This document shows positions 12,521-26,653 of a DNA stretch of 64,000 bases, one piece after another. Position 1 is the first letter of the stretch. Each line of letters begins with the position of its first letter. The DNA comes from Octopus sinensis (taxonomy: Eukaryota), in contig NC_042998.1 in NCBI RefSeq assembly GCF_006345805.1, positions 89,404,001-89,468,000 of the forward strand. Direction: 5' to 3'. A program made the position numbers and the translations under genes. The notes below the pieces were generated by a model. The model was not told the origin of the DNA. It searched no databases and worked only from the letters and a program-made list of their open reading frames with translations.

Positions 12521-14178
12521 CCACCGAAAGTCAGATCCGGCTGGAAGTCTGACCAGGCCAAAAGCCCGATCTGGCCAAAAGTTCAGAGTTATTGAATATT
12601 TCCTTCCGAGCGCTTCAATTCATAAACTCCGAAAATTTCGAAGCCTCACAAACACGAAACTTCTTACTCTAACCTGGATCTAGTTTTAAATGAACTGAAT
12701 TGAAAATGTTTTTCTAATTCACGAAGTTTTGGTATTACTTTAAATTCAGTTAAAATGAAAAGCTTGTAAGTTTACAAATTTTTGGAATTCTCTTAAAATT
12801 TGAATTTTCATCTGTTAGCATATAACAAATCCTCATCCCGACCTAATCCAGATGGTGGATGTTTAAGAACCAAATTAAGGGCATATTTTCAGTGTCTTGT
12901 GAGCAAATTCGTTCAAGGGTAATAGCACAAAACTCGTCGCATATGTCGCATATGGGTGTGCACGCGTGCGGGCGCATGCATGAATGTGTGTGCAAGTGTA
13001 CGAATAGGGGTATATATCCCTTGTGCGTCTTGGCTTTGTCTCTCATCGATAAACAACGTTTGTTTTATGTCTGCTTAACATAAAGGTCCAGAGAAAAGAC
13101 AGTGATAGAATAGGAACCTGGTACAAAATAAGAACTGATTTGTTCAACTAAACCTTTTAAGTCTAACTAAATCCAATAAAAGAGTAAAAATAGTGTAGAA
13201 AAAAATGAATGTCTTTATTTTTGCGGGCATATAAAGTTACAGAACTTGATATGCAGTTCTTAACAATGGAAATTACAAGCAATTTTATTAATTCTATTAT
13301 ATAATTTCTATGTATTAATTTTATTATATAATTTCTATAAGAAATTTGATTCTTGAATGAAAATTTTTTTGATAATGTTTTCTAATTTAGGGTCAAACCC
13401 AGCAGTCTTTGAGGGGAGGATGTTTAGTCGATATCATGGACATCAGTAATTGACTGTTACTTTATTTCATCGACCCCGAAAGGATGGAAAAATGTAGTTG
13501 ATGTCAGTTGGATTTGAACACAGAACGTAAAGAACAGGAATTTTTAAAAGTAATAGTAACAATCTTATTTCGCATGAATTTTCTTTACTTGCATTTGTGT
13601 GTTCGCGCGCGCGTCCATTTAGTGTTTTGTACCCACAAAAGAGCTCTGTATTTCTGTATTTCTTTTAAGGTATGCACATGTTTCGTCTGAAAGAAGCACG
13701 TAGCCAGAATGACCTCGAGCAAAATTGCCAGACATCCCTTGTTATGATGTAAAAATTTGATGCACATTTACTTTCATCAGTCATACGTTAGAATTTGTCT
13801 AACAGCTAAATATATAGTTCTGCATATTCTGACATAGTTTCTGGTTTACAAAGCGTTCCAAATTATGAACTATAAGCCAGTTATACACACACACACACAC
13901 ACACACGCACACACACACACACACACGCACGCACACTCACACACGCACACACACACACACACTTACATATACATATGGAGATGAAATAAATAACAAGAGA
14001 ATTAGAAATTATAAAATAAAATTCATTAGCTTACAGCTCTTTCTGGTATAAGTCAAGATGCCAATGTACTTATACCTGAGTGCTTGTGTATCACCTTATA
14101 AGTTCGTTGGAGCTTCAAATGTGAAGTGATTTTATTGGGAAACATTTACACACACACACACACACACATACATATATG

Positions 14179-14277
<99 letters not shown>

Positions 14278-14862
14278 GTCTGTATGTATGTAGGTATATG
14301 TATATACATATGGAAAAAAATTACCGTCGAAAATATAAAACTTTTTATGAAATGGAGTATAGAGTTTGAAGCCACTTCCTGAAATATGTAGCTCTAGATA
14401 ATTGTGTATGTGTGTGTGTCTGTGTGCGCGCGCGCTCAGATAGGCGTATGATGAACCCCTATATAAATAAATAACTATTCATACGCTTGCATAAAATATA
14501 GACAAAATATTTGTATTCATACACATTGTTTGACTGACCTTAAGACTCCAGACACAGAAAAAGGAAATGGAGACAGATAGAAAGTGACAAAATACAAAAT
14601 CTAGTGAGAGAGAGAGAGCGCGCCAAACAGAAAAAAAGAACTTTTAGAAGGTCGTAAACTGTTCACGTTAGGATTCTACCAGATTGACAATTAACAGGCA
14701 AGCAAATACAATGGCAAAAGAGAAGTATGTAGCTATACACATATCTGGGTTATGGTCTGTCATATATATAATGTCTATCAACATATATATTCTATCTGTA
14801 TTTTATGTATGTGTATAGAAAGATATATAGGGGTACATCTTACGCCTATCTGTATATGCACA

Positions 14863-15098
14863 GCTAAGGCGGCGAGCTGGCAGAATCGTTAGCACGCCGG
14901 ACGAAACGCTTAGCGGTATTTCGTCTGTCTTTACATTCTGAGTTCAAATTCCGCCGAGGTCGACTTTGCCTTTCATCCTTTCGGGGTGGATTAAATAAGT
15001 ACCAGTTACGCACTGGGGTCGATGTATTCGACTTAATCCGTTTGTCTGTCCTTGTTTGTCCCCTCTGTGTTTAGCCCCTTGTGGGTAGTAAAGAAATA
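14863..15098 (+). mobile_element. tRNA-derived SINE (family S1) with 16-bp TSD
   Basis: tRNA-like head (GAGCTGGCAGAATCG..GAGTTCAAATTCC), core GGTCGACTTTGCCTTTCATCC..AAGTACCAG; TSD TATCTGTATATGCACA at 14847-14862 and 15099-15114. Partial or decayed relatives near 13440-13530, 15855-15990, 16290-16390, 16900-16990, 23092-23208, 57775-57905, 58480-58560. Confidence 0.88.
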
Positions 15099-15520
15099 TA
15101 TCTGTATATGCACATCTATTTATAAGCACAAAAGTTATCTAAATCTATGTATTTCTGGGAAGCTTTTAACCACAAAACTCTAGCTTCCATTTCTTACATT
15201 TTATATTTTTTCCGGCGGTTATATTTTCCATGTATAAAAATGTTTTCCCAAATAAAAGAGGACCTCACTTTTAAAGCTCCAACAAGCTATAAGGTGATAC
15301 ACAAGCACTCAGCTATGAGTGCTTTGTGTATCATAATAGAAACAGCTGTAAATTAATGAAGTCCAATTCATAACTACTTATTCCCTTGTCATTTATTCAA
15401 TTTCTTATTACACTCTATACTGGATTAGCTCTTTTTTTCTGAAGCATGTATATATCGAAGCATGTATATATCTAACACCAGGTTATTAATCTCGCTATGC
15501 CTGAGTGAAATAATAAAACA

Positions 15521-15606
15521 TATACATACATACATACATACATACATACATACATACATGCATGCATACATGCATGCATACATACATACATACATACATA
15601 CATACA

Positions 15607-15637
<31 letters not shown>

Positions 15638-15756
15638 TCTGTGTTTGTGAATATGTGTGTTTCTCAGTGACCATGTGTGCGCGCACGAGTAATTTATAAG
15701 TCCAGATAAACTGAGATGTTTTAAAATTTATCTTTCACTTCGCCTACTTTGCATTC

Positions 15757-15816
<60 letters not shown>

Positions 15817-15821
15817 CATTA
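15521..15821. repeat. (TACA)n and (ATT)n microsatellites (other TACA runs at 33735-33775, 50894-50958, 60446-60517, 61690-61735)
   Basis: Direct reading. Confidence 0.95.
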
Positions 15822-16391
15822 TAGTCAAAAAATGGAGTGAGCTGATGGAATCATTAGAGTATCGGGGAAAATGCGCTGCAGAAGTTCTTGCGGCTCTTTA
15901 CACTTTGAGTTTAAATCCCCACCGAGATCAATTTTGTCTTTCACTCTTTCGGGATCGATAAAACAAATTATGATTAGTACAGGGATCGATGGTTTTGACT
16001 AATCCTCTCTCATCAAAATCAGAGACTATTTATAATCCCGGTCACAATCATCATCATAATCACCAACGCCATAAATATTGCACTATTATCATCATCTTTA
16101 TTGTTGTTGTTATAAATGTCATCCCCACAAAATTATTCTCGTATTTATAATATTAGGCTACTTGAGAAAATATGGTCGCAAAAATTATAGTATTTAGATA
16201 ATCATTTATTAAATGTTTTCTAACATCGGCCCAATACCGGAAATTTGGTGTGGAGGAGTTCGTCTGTTACATCTATCTTCAATTCTTCACTGTTACTTTA
16301 TTTTATGATCCCGGAAAGGATGGGAAGTACATTTGATATAGGCGGCTTTTGAACTCAAAACGTAAAGAGCCGAGACAAATAATACAAGAAT

Positions 16392-16779
16392 ATGGAGGCG
16401 CAATGCCCCAGTGGTTAGGGCAGCGGACTCGCGGTCGTAGGATCGCGGTTTCGATTCCCAGACCGGGCGTTGTGAGTGTTTATTGAGCGAAAACACCTAA
16501 AGCTCCACGAGGCTCCGGCAGGGGATGGTGGTGATCCCTGCTGTACTCTTTCACCACAACTTTCTCTCACTCTTACTTCCTGTTTCTGTTGTACCTGTAT
16601 TTCAAAGGGCCAGCCTTGTCACTCTCTGTGTCACGCTGAATATCCCCGAGAACTACTGTAAGGGTACACGTGTCTGTGGAGTGCTCAGCCACTTACACGT
16701 TAATTTCACGAGCAGGCTGTTCCGTTGATCGGATCAACCGGAACCCTCGTCGTCGTAACCGACGGAGTGCTTCCTTTTA
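16392..16779 (+). mobile_element. tRNA-derived SINE (family S2) with 11-bp TSD, nested in a reversed S1 remnant
   Basis: A-box-like TGCCCCAGTGG and B-box-like GGTTTCGATTCCC; TSD AATACAAGAAT at 16381-16391 and 16780-16790; reversed partial relative at about 22260-22345. Confidence 0.87.
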
Positions 16780-17395
16780 AATACAAGAATGTAACATTTC
16801 TGTTAATCCCTAAATACAATCCCTAAATAAACATTTAGTGCTTTTGTTTTTCTAATATAAACAGACGACCAGAACTCTGAGGGGAGGGAACAGTCGATTA
16901 TATTTACCCTACTACTTTATTGGTACTTTATTTTATCTAATCTAAGAGGAAAAATGGAAGAGGAAAATGCAAAGTTGACCCCAACGTAAAAAGTCAGCAC
17001 ATATACCACCTTAATAAGAACTAAATCAGTTAATGAAATAATAAACTGCAAAACCTGTAAATTTATCAAAACATTAAAAAATTACTTAAAATATTTACCG
17101 TGTCTTAAGGAGTAAAACTAGTTATACAAAATAGCCGAAACAAAATATATCAAATGATGCTACGTGCATATCAATCCCAAAATGGGTATGTCAAAATACA
17201 TGTCTCAGTTATGTTTTCCTTTGTGAACGACGCCTAAGATTGATTTTATCTACTTCTATGATAACCGGGTAAAGACTTTTCCTTATTTGACAAGCTCTAG
17301 TAAGAAGTCGGTTTTTTAAAAATTAATTTCAGAACATCTTGTACTGTATCTAAGTTACTGAGTCCCTTTGTCTCCTATTTTAATGATATACACCT

Positions 17396-17430
17396 TACTA
17401 ATTATTTATTTTCGTTTGCCGCAGGTAAGT
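17396..17430 (+). other. Juxtaposed 3'/5' splice signals (candidate recursive splice site)
   Basis: TACTAAT branch-like motif, AG-free pyrimidine tract, CAG|GTAAGT. Confidence 0.4.
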
Positions 17431-17972
17431 AGCATTTTTGTAGAAGAACATAAATATATGTATATTAACAATTGCAAGAGAATTTTAAGTGACAAATTGA
17501 AATTCACCCCACTTCACATTAGCCTGTAACAATTGCTGTTTGGAATAAGATATCAATTCCTCTGTTAGTAATGTATAAATATTCATTTATGATCCATGTC
17601 CTAATTATATTATGCTGGCATATGAATTGACTTTGGTGAGAGAGGAATAATATAAAAGCACAATAGACAAAGCCATTTTATAATTACTTCATGTATCAGA
17701 TTAACAGCAATCTTATGTATGGCGAAACTACAATCTATAAAATACATCACATAAGCACTAATGGTGGTCTGTAAATATACACTCCGAGTTTACTCCGAGT
17801 TTTCATAATCACATTGTTAATTGCAGCAAAATGACAGTACCATCTAACTTGATATATGTCTATATACTATCATTCTATGATATATGTCTATATACTATCA
17901 TTTGCTCTGCATCGTGACCTTTGACTCCATTGCTGCCATTTACATCGAAGCAGTAGAGATGGGGGCTATTTA

Positions 17973-19234
17973 TCAGGTCATCCCATAAGTTCTGTCCGAA
18001 TTTTGAATAAAGAAAACAAGTGATCAAATGTTATATTTAAATGAAATTTAATCACCAAAGTACTTGCCCTGATTATCTATTATTTCCTTCCATCTATTTA
18101 CAAGCTTTTTAATCCCATCAATGTAAAACTATTTTGGTTTCAAAGAGAAGAACTCTGTAATATGAGTTTCGACCTCCTTCTGGCTTGAGAAAGTTATGTT
18201 CTCCAAATGATTCTGTAAACTACGAAACAAATGGTAGTCTGAAGGAGCGAGGTCGGGAGAGAAGGTGGATGAGGATTTTTTTTCCAACCAAGTTCTTCCA
18301 TCTTCTGTGATGTGATCTTTGTAGTGTGGGGTCGCACATTGTCCTGATAAAACATCACTCCTTTTCGATTCACTAAAGCGGGTCTTTTTCCCTTCAAAGC
18401 TCTAATTGCTGACAGTAGACTTGAGCATTGATTGTTGCATTAGGTAGTAACAATTCTAAGTGAATTACTCCTTTGCAATCCCATCAGATAGAGGGAAGAA
18501 CCTTTTTCCCATGAAGTTCCCCTCTCGGTTGTGGCTGAGCTTTTTCCCCTTTTACCAAGCCACTGTTTACAACATTTCGATAGAAGAGCCATTTTTCGTC
18601 ACCAGTCACAAGTCTATCCAAAAAGGATGAAATGACTTCGCGAGAATGGAGAGAAGAGCAGATGTCAACTCGAGATTTGCAGTTGCTTTCGGACAATTCA
18701 TGAGACACCCATTTTCCAAGTTTAGGAACCTTTCCAAGTTGTTGACGATGAACAGTTGTATGGTTTGAACTAAGCCTTATTGCCTATACTTCAACTGATA
18801 ATGCAGGATTTTCTTCAAGTAATGCCCCAAGGAGCTTATCATCAAACTCAACTGGACGTCCTGTTCGATCTTCAAATTCAAGGTTGAAATCTACACTTCC
18901 GAATTTTGCAAACCATCTTCTGCAAGTTCTTTCATTCAAGCATTCTTTCCCAGAAACTGAGTGTATGTTTCGAGTCGCTTCGGCTGCAGAGTTTCCTTTT
19001 TTGTACTCATAAAGTATTATGTGCCTTAAACGCTCTTTGGATACTTTCACGTTAGAAAGGGTTTTAATCAAAGAAATTTTAATTCTATTACTCTGTAAAA
19101 TAATATTTAATTAGTTTAAATGTACACAAATGCATAAAACTAATTTTTAATTCTATTAGACATTCTAAAATACAATTATATTGCATTCAATTTTAAAAAA
19201 GGTAACATCGAACAGAACTTATGGGATGACTTGA
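17973..19234 (-). mobile_element. Full-length decayed mariner transposon (1262 bp)
   Basis: 27-bp TIRs TCAGGTCATCCCATAAGTTCTGTCCGA (2 mismatches), TA at 17971-17972 and 19235-19236; pieces RHIILYEYKKG..TCRRWFAKF, WVSHEL, LVTGDEKW, QDNVRPH, HPP/SPDLAPSDYHLF broken by frameshifts. Confidence 0.93.
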
Positions 19235-19963
19235 TATTTCTTCCGTAACTCATTTGAATGAAATGCAAATATGTTACTCCCCTTCCCACGTGACAAAGTG
19301 GTATCATTTGGTCACTATAAAGTCAGACAGTCAATCGTTGTAAGAGGTCAGTAGTAGTAAAGTGATTGTATGAGTTCTCAGTTGGAGTCAGTTACGTGAT
19401 ATATACGAGTTCGAGTTACCGTCAAGGTAGATCTTCCAAAGTCATTGTCTTGCAGAGCTGTCAGCGATAGCGTGATAGATGAGTCAAAGATAATAAGACG
19501 CGGAATATCTCCACAAAATAATAGTGGCGACAAGAATACTACAGTGCCGACAATTACATAAAAGTAGACGAGGATCCACATTATAACATATATATATATG
19601 TATGTGTGTGTGCGCGCGCACGTGTATGTGTATGTGTGTAAGATACTTTCATGGCATGGAGAAATGATAATTCGGCATATTTACGTAACGTGCCTCGTGT
19701 CATCCTCTCCGGATTGAGCAACTCTGTCGCAGACTTTGGGATTCGCGCCAGTTAAATTTATTATGATTGCTACGAACAAAGGGGCTGCAAATCTTGGTCG
19801 TTTATTTTTCCTTTCTTTTTTTCGTTTTTATTTACCATTTACCTTCTCGTTCCTCTTTTTTACATAAACCTTCTCGCTTTTTCTCGCGCTCCTTCGTAGA
19901 CAAGCATTTTGGTTTACTACGACTGAACATGAAAACGAACTTTAATGTGTGTGTGCGTATGCG

Positions 19964-20000
<37 letters not shown>

Positions 20001-21022
20001 ATGCGCGCGCGCGTGTGTGTATTCAGGTCTCTGGAGAAGTAACTCCACTTAGACAAGTGTTTCGGCCCTTAACGTCTTACACTCTAAGGAGATCAGGTCG
20101 CATCCAAGCCATGACTTCTGGATACCCTTCTGCTAATGCGGTTTAGCCACCATGTAAGACTGGGCCAGAAGTGTCTCTCCTTCATAAACATGCATATATA
20201 GTTGTGCTCTATCATCTACTTAACCGGTTCTTAATTCTCTTCTGAGTTTGCCATGTCTGTGTCTCACAGTGTCTGCGTCTCTGTTCTTAATTGCAGTTGT
20301 TGCAACCATTTTACTTCATTTTCGATAACAAGGTAGAAAAACTAACGCTCAAACATCACACCCTGTCACTGTTTCTCCTATATATATATATTGACAGTAT
20401 GGGGAAAGGAATAAAATTAATTATAAAGAACTGCTTTTTATATTTCATATCTTCTCTAATTAAAGAGTATGATTGTGGTGTATGGAATCCTGTTCCCCTA
20501 TATCAGACACAAAATTAGGTCTTAGCCCGGTTGTCGCAGTGAGCAGTAATGTTACCCAAGCCTCTCTCTTTTCAACATTTAATGATGTATGCGGTATGCC
20601 GTACCACATACTTCATATGTCATTATATAAAGCACGCCACACTGCACTCTCCTTCCTTTTCATGCATACCATATCAACACGCAACCAGAGCACTACTTGT
20701 CAACACATTTTCGAATGCCCCAAAAATATTGAGAACATTCTGCAATATGCACACGATAGCCCGGTCTTATTTACGTACAGAAATACTCACACACGTAGCT
20801 TCTCCATAAAATATAACCATGACATTCTTTAAAATACCCACGAGCAACACGCACTAACACCCACTATTTTGTCTATAAATGTCAGATCTTAGTGAATCTA
20901 GTAAGCCCACAAAAGAACTACACTCATTTTAAAGGTTTAATTTCTTTCCCAGTGCAAAAGGTCATATTAGTAAGCTGATCATTTTTTGAGACAGTTCACT
21001 CTCAAAATACGCGCATCTCTCT

Positions 21023-21116
<94 letters not shown>

Positions 21117-21737
21117 GTTGCTTTCCGGCAACCCCTTGTTCAGCAACACACTCCAACCTATATTTCCACCGCTGATTTGTACCAACTCTACTTCTGTAGC
21201 TGTCATTGTTATAGCTATTTCTGCTCCACTGAACCTGTTGACTATCAGCTACTTCCACCTGAATTCATTCATTTCACCGGCCGTTGCTACGCCGCAACTT
21301 ATTGATATTAAACTAAGCCCTGTTTCCCATTAGTTCAACTTCAAATTACGACTAAATTATCCATCTACTGTAGAATACCACTGAAAATTAATTTTATAAT
21401 CTTCTCTCAGTTTTAATTAGTTCGTTGACCAAAAGAACTTAAGTTTTTACTATTTGCCATCTAGAGTGTTAAAACAAGAACAAAATCACTTTGTTAACAA
21501 CGCCAAAAGAAGGACACGTCATGATAGGTTGTCAGCCAAATGGCTAGAACGGAATACGTGGTTTTGATGACGTCATTAGACAAATGCTTGTTAATTTATC
21601 ACAGGTAGATTTAATAAAGGGTTGCAAGATATCATCTGAGTAGTTTACAAGAAGTAAAGTAGGACCTCCTATAGTTTTGCATGATATCCTATTGCAAACA
21701 CAATTATTTAAAAACTGACAGATATAAGCTTACACAT

Positions 21738-21772
<35 letters not shown>

Positions 21773-22094
21773 ATATATATATATATATATATAAATTGAT
21801 CAAAATAAAAACATGATGCCAAGGATTCAGCGGTACATATGTTTCGGGCCTTTATTAGACAGATTTATAACAATGCATAATGTATGTCTGTGGCCTTCTT
21901 CAGCCGCGCACAACAACTTCCACAAGGACATGTGTTACATCAAAAATTCTTGGTTGGGGATGCAAATCCTCTCATTCGCGTACGACATAATGCGGCAACA
22001 GCATAGAATTGAAAAGGTAATGAGTACTACATATACATAATATTTTAAGTTGAAAAGCCTTCAGGTGCTTACAATTATCAAGTACTCACCCCGA

Positions 22095-22192
<98 letters not shown>

Positions 22193-22217
22193 CACACAAA
22201 CACACACACATACACAC

Positions 22218-22255
<38 letters not shown>

Positions 22256-22896
22256 CTAGCACTCCACAGTCACGTGCACCCTAACGTAGTTCTTAGGGAA
22301 ACTCAGCGTGGCACAATGTTTCAAGGTTTCCCCCTTTGAATAAGATGTACAACCTATTTTGGCCAACTGGCTGAACCAGAGAAACTTGAAATGAAGTGTC
22401 TTGCGCAAGGACTCAACGCACGATAGGGAATTGAAACACACACACATACACGTCGCACATGCACACGCGCGCGCACACAGACTTCCCCCCCCCACACACA
22501 CACATACGTATAGGACTGAAGGAAAATACCTTAGGCGAGCGTTAGGCCTTTAGATATGCCAAATCAAATGTGGCAATGTTTCGTTTGCGCAGGACCTCCT
22601 ATACAAATTCGGCAAGTGAGAATAAGGCTGTTTCGGGTCCCAAGAGGGAACATAGGATCTAAATCCAGAGACATGCAGATTGCCACCAAAGTTTTCTTGG
22701 CTCTCCACGTCGTAAATCGATGTACCGACTGACACCCAAAGGTAATGAGTACTACATATACATAATATTTTAAGTTGAAAAGCCTTCAGTCAATTGAAAT
22801 TATGTTAGGAGGAAATAATCTCTATGAATATTTTTAAAATAAATAAATCAACCATGGGAAATACCTGTTGGTTGTTTCTTCAAGTTTAAATACAGT

Positions 22897-23055
22897 TCAA
22901 GCAGGTGTAGTTGTGTGGTTGAAAAGCTTCCCAAACATATAGTCTTAGATCCAGTCTCATTGGACGGTACCTGGAACAAGTGTCTCCTAATATAGTCCCG
23001 GGTAGATTAAGCCTTGTGAGTGGGTTTGGTAGACGGAAAATGAAAGACGCTTGTC

Positions 23056-23092
<37 letters not shown>

Positions 23093-23209
23093 TTCTTTAT
23101 TGCTCACAAGGGGCTAAACATAGAGGGGGCAAACAAGGACAGACAAAGGAATTAAGTCGATTACATCGACCCCAGTGCGAAACTGGTACTTTATTTATCG
23201 ACCCCGAAA

Positions 23210-23246
<37 letters not shown>

Positions 23247-23501
23247 TGTGTTCGACGTCTTTTTGGTGTCCTGTACACATATATGCGTGTATATGTACAT
23301 GTAGAGGTAGGTACGTACATATATGTTTATATATATGCATATATTCTATTTTATTAACATATTATATATATATATATATATATATGTGTTCGACGTCTTT
23401 TTGGTGTCCTGTACACATATATGCGTGTATATGTACATGTAGAGGTAGGTACGTACATATATGTTTATATATATGCATATATTCTATTTTATTAACATAT
23501 A

Positions 23502-23534
<33 letters not shown>

Positions 23535-23746
23535 GATATATATATATATATATATATTTACATATATATATATATATGTATGTATATACATATACATACG
23601 TACATGTGTGTGTATGTGTGCGCGCTTCTTTATGTTTGTCCCCAACATCGTTTGACAGTCGGTGTTGGTTTATTTACGTCTGGCAAAAGAGACTGATAAA
23701 ATTAATACCAGGCTTAGCAAAATAAAATGACTGAAATAAATAAAAG
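22897..23746 (+). mobile_element. Bipartite SINE (family S3) split by an expanded internal microsatellite
   Basis: Head GCAGGTGTAGTTGTGTGG..GGTAGACGGAAAATGAAAGACGC, tail CGGTGTTGGTT..GGCAAAAGAGACTGATA..TGACTGAAA; the same head-microsatellite-tail layout recurs at 26654-26994. Confidence 0.7.
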
Positions 23747-24209
23747 AAAGATAAAAGACAGTTACTCGAATATTTTCAGTTAATCGAAGTCACGATATAT
23801 TGCAAATATGATACCGCAACGTGTACATATTTTTTGTTTTCTGGGATTAACTTTTGTATTATTTTCATGCTTTCGTAGAGGAAAAGAATACGAGTAAGAA
23901 ACTTGATATTCTTTCGGAATAGGTTTAGAAAAAGCAAGCATAATGGGAATGCGTCAGATTGAAATTTTTCAGAGAGTGGGTTATTATCATTGGTGGAATT
24001 CGGTAAATAAAAGTATCTCTTTACGAAGAGATTTATCCAAAGTTGTCCATTTAAATGTGTCATTATTCAACACTTACAGCTTGAGAGAAGCAGAAATATG
24101 TGATATTTATACACACCCGCCATTTACAATATTTTTTCTCCGTATCACTTATTTTTCTCTTTTTCTTACCCTCATTCCTTCACTCTCTTGGTTTTCTGCC
24201 ACTTCCTCG

Positions 24210-24211
<2 letters not shown>

Positions 24212-24255
<44 letters not shown>

Positions 24256-24501
24256 CCCCACTCCCTTTTCCTCCTTCTTTCACCCATTCTTTTCACTCTT
24301 TTCTTTCTCGTCATGTCACACAACTACTAAGACTCTTTTTGAGTCTGTTTTCGCTATCTTCTAATACTTTATTATTCACTGTTTTCTCGTTCTTCCTCCT
24401 CCTTCCACTTGCTTTGCCAGCCTCCTACGATCCTTTCTATCACTTTCTTTTTCAGTGTCTCTACGTGCGTTGCTAATTCTCTCTCCTTCTCCCATTTCTC
24501 C

Positions 24502-24586
<85 letters not shown>

Positions 24587-24747
24587 TCTCTCTCTCTAAA
24601 TTGTCTTGTCGCTGTGGTTTTTCTGCATGAATGACGAAAAGTATGTAAAGAAAAAAAAATGAAAATGAGACAGAAAGAGTGAAGCAGAACACATGCATAC
24701 ACACACACACACGTATTCATATACGCGCGCGGGCGCACATATACACG

Positions 24748-24837
<90 letters not shown>

Positions 24838-24850
24838 TACACATCACACA
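24212..24850. repeat. (CT)n and (CA)n microsatellite cluster
   Basis: Direct reading. Confidence 0.95.
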
Positions 24851-26231
24851 CTAATTATTACTAGATTAAGGAAAATTATTGGGCATTGTGTATGAAGTGG
24901 AGAGAAGCCATGGAGAAACAGGTCTGAAAGGAAACAGCGATGTAGATTATCAGAGTTGTTTAAAATTCAGTATATAATTTGATTGTTATGATAAGGAGGC
25001 GGAGCAAGCAGTGAGCTAAATGGCCGTATATACAATACGGAAGGTTGTTTCCGTTTAAAAAGGTCAGGTTATCGGCCTGTATTATATCAAGCGATATTGC
25101 ATATCAAGTGATTTTCGCATTATCCTTGAAGAAGTTATACTTACACTATCATATCAACACACAGTTAAAGTCTACTTAACGTATAAATTGCATTGTTTAC
25201 GTCCAAAGTGACAAAGAGAGCGAAAGGGTTTAAGCAACCGTGCATATAATAAGAAACAAGTTAGAAATAAGTACGTAACCGGACGAAACGTAATCAACAA
25301 CTCTATAAACAACAGATAGAATGCATTTGGCTGTAAATTATTCCTTTACATCAACTGTTCTTTGTTACAGTGAACTATTTTATCTATAATAGTAAATAGT
25401 CGAAATCTCTAAATCAGGGGGTAAATGGTGCCCAGGGCAAGCATCAAAATTGCGCCCCCCACCCAACAAAAAAGCGGAAACACGCATAAAAAAATTAATA
25501 ACTGTTTTTTTAATAGATTAATTAGAAAATGATTCACTACTCAAGTAATGTGGTTGATACAACCAACAGTTCTCCCCTCAAAATGTATGACTTTGGGCCT
25601 AATGCAAAAACCAATGGTATGAAAGTCCTATCATAGATTATGCATGCGTTTTCATTTTATTTATGACAGAAAAACACTCCTTACTATCCCAAATAACGCT
25701 GAAGGCATCCTTCCACGTTGGATATAAAATATTGAAACTCAATAACAAACTGATTTACTGATTCAAGCCGAAAGCTTCGATTACTCAACTTCAGCACACG
25801 CGAAGCCACTCTTCTGGTCAATACTCCTGCGAACATTGCAATTTCAAAAATCAGAAAGCGATGGATGTTACGATCAAAAGAAAGGAAGAAAACTCCTGAG
25901 AAAAATCATACATACATATGCATGCCTACTCATATATATTTGAAAATAAATTCTTAAAATAAAAAAACATGAATATTAGAAAAAGTCTTAAAAAACAGAA
26001 TGACATAAACTTTTGGAAGGAAGTTTCTGTATTGTGGGTTAGCGCTTTCACTTATTTAGTTGACGTCTAAATTCCAAAGAAAAGGTTTTGTTTTCAGGCT
26101 TTTGATGAGAAATTATGAAAAATAAAACCAGGAAAATATGCGCGCGTGCTCACAAACACACACACATACACACATACACATATACACATATACACACATA
26201 TAAATACATACATACATACACACAAAGAGGA

Positions 26232-26262
<31 letters not shown>

Positions 26263-26653
26263 TTGTGCATGCAGTAAAGGCACTGATGCTGATATATTAC
26301 GTGTAACGTTGATTTTATGGAGAAAGAATTAGTTACGGCAGATGACCAAGAAAATGGGAAATATAAGTGAGAGATTGAAGGTTAAGAAGTTAGGAAGGAA
26401 TGAAAACAGTGGTAGAGAATGGATGAAAGCAGTCAGTGTCAAGCGGTTTTGTTAAGTGAAAATACATCTCTACAAGCAAGGATATGAACAGCCAAACTAC
26501 CAACAGGTTGCACAAAGGTTTGTTAATGCCAACAAAGAGGAGGTGATGTCAAGATTACAAATTACATACTCACACACGCACACACACACACACACACACA
26601 CCACACACACACACACACACATACACACATATATATATATATATATATGTATA

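Noticed and set aside
16392-16470. tRNA-like sequence
   Set aside because: It is a SINE head: it continues into a SINE body and is bounded by a TSD, with no complete cloverleaf or terminator.
20040-20100. Minus-strand GGCCGAAACACTTGTC hammerhead-like half
   Set aside because: No CUGANGA core or stem II partner upstream.
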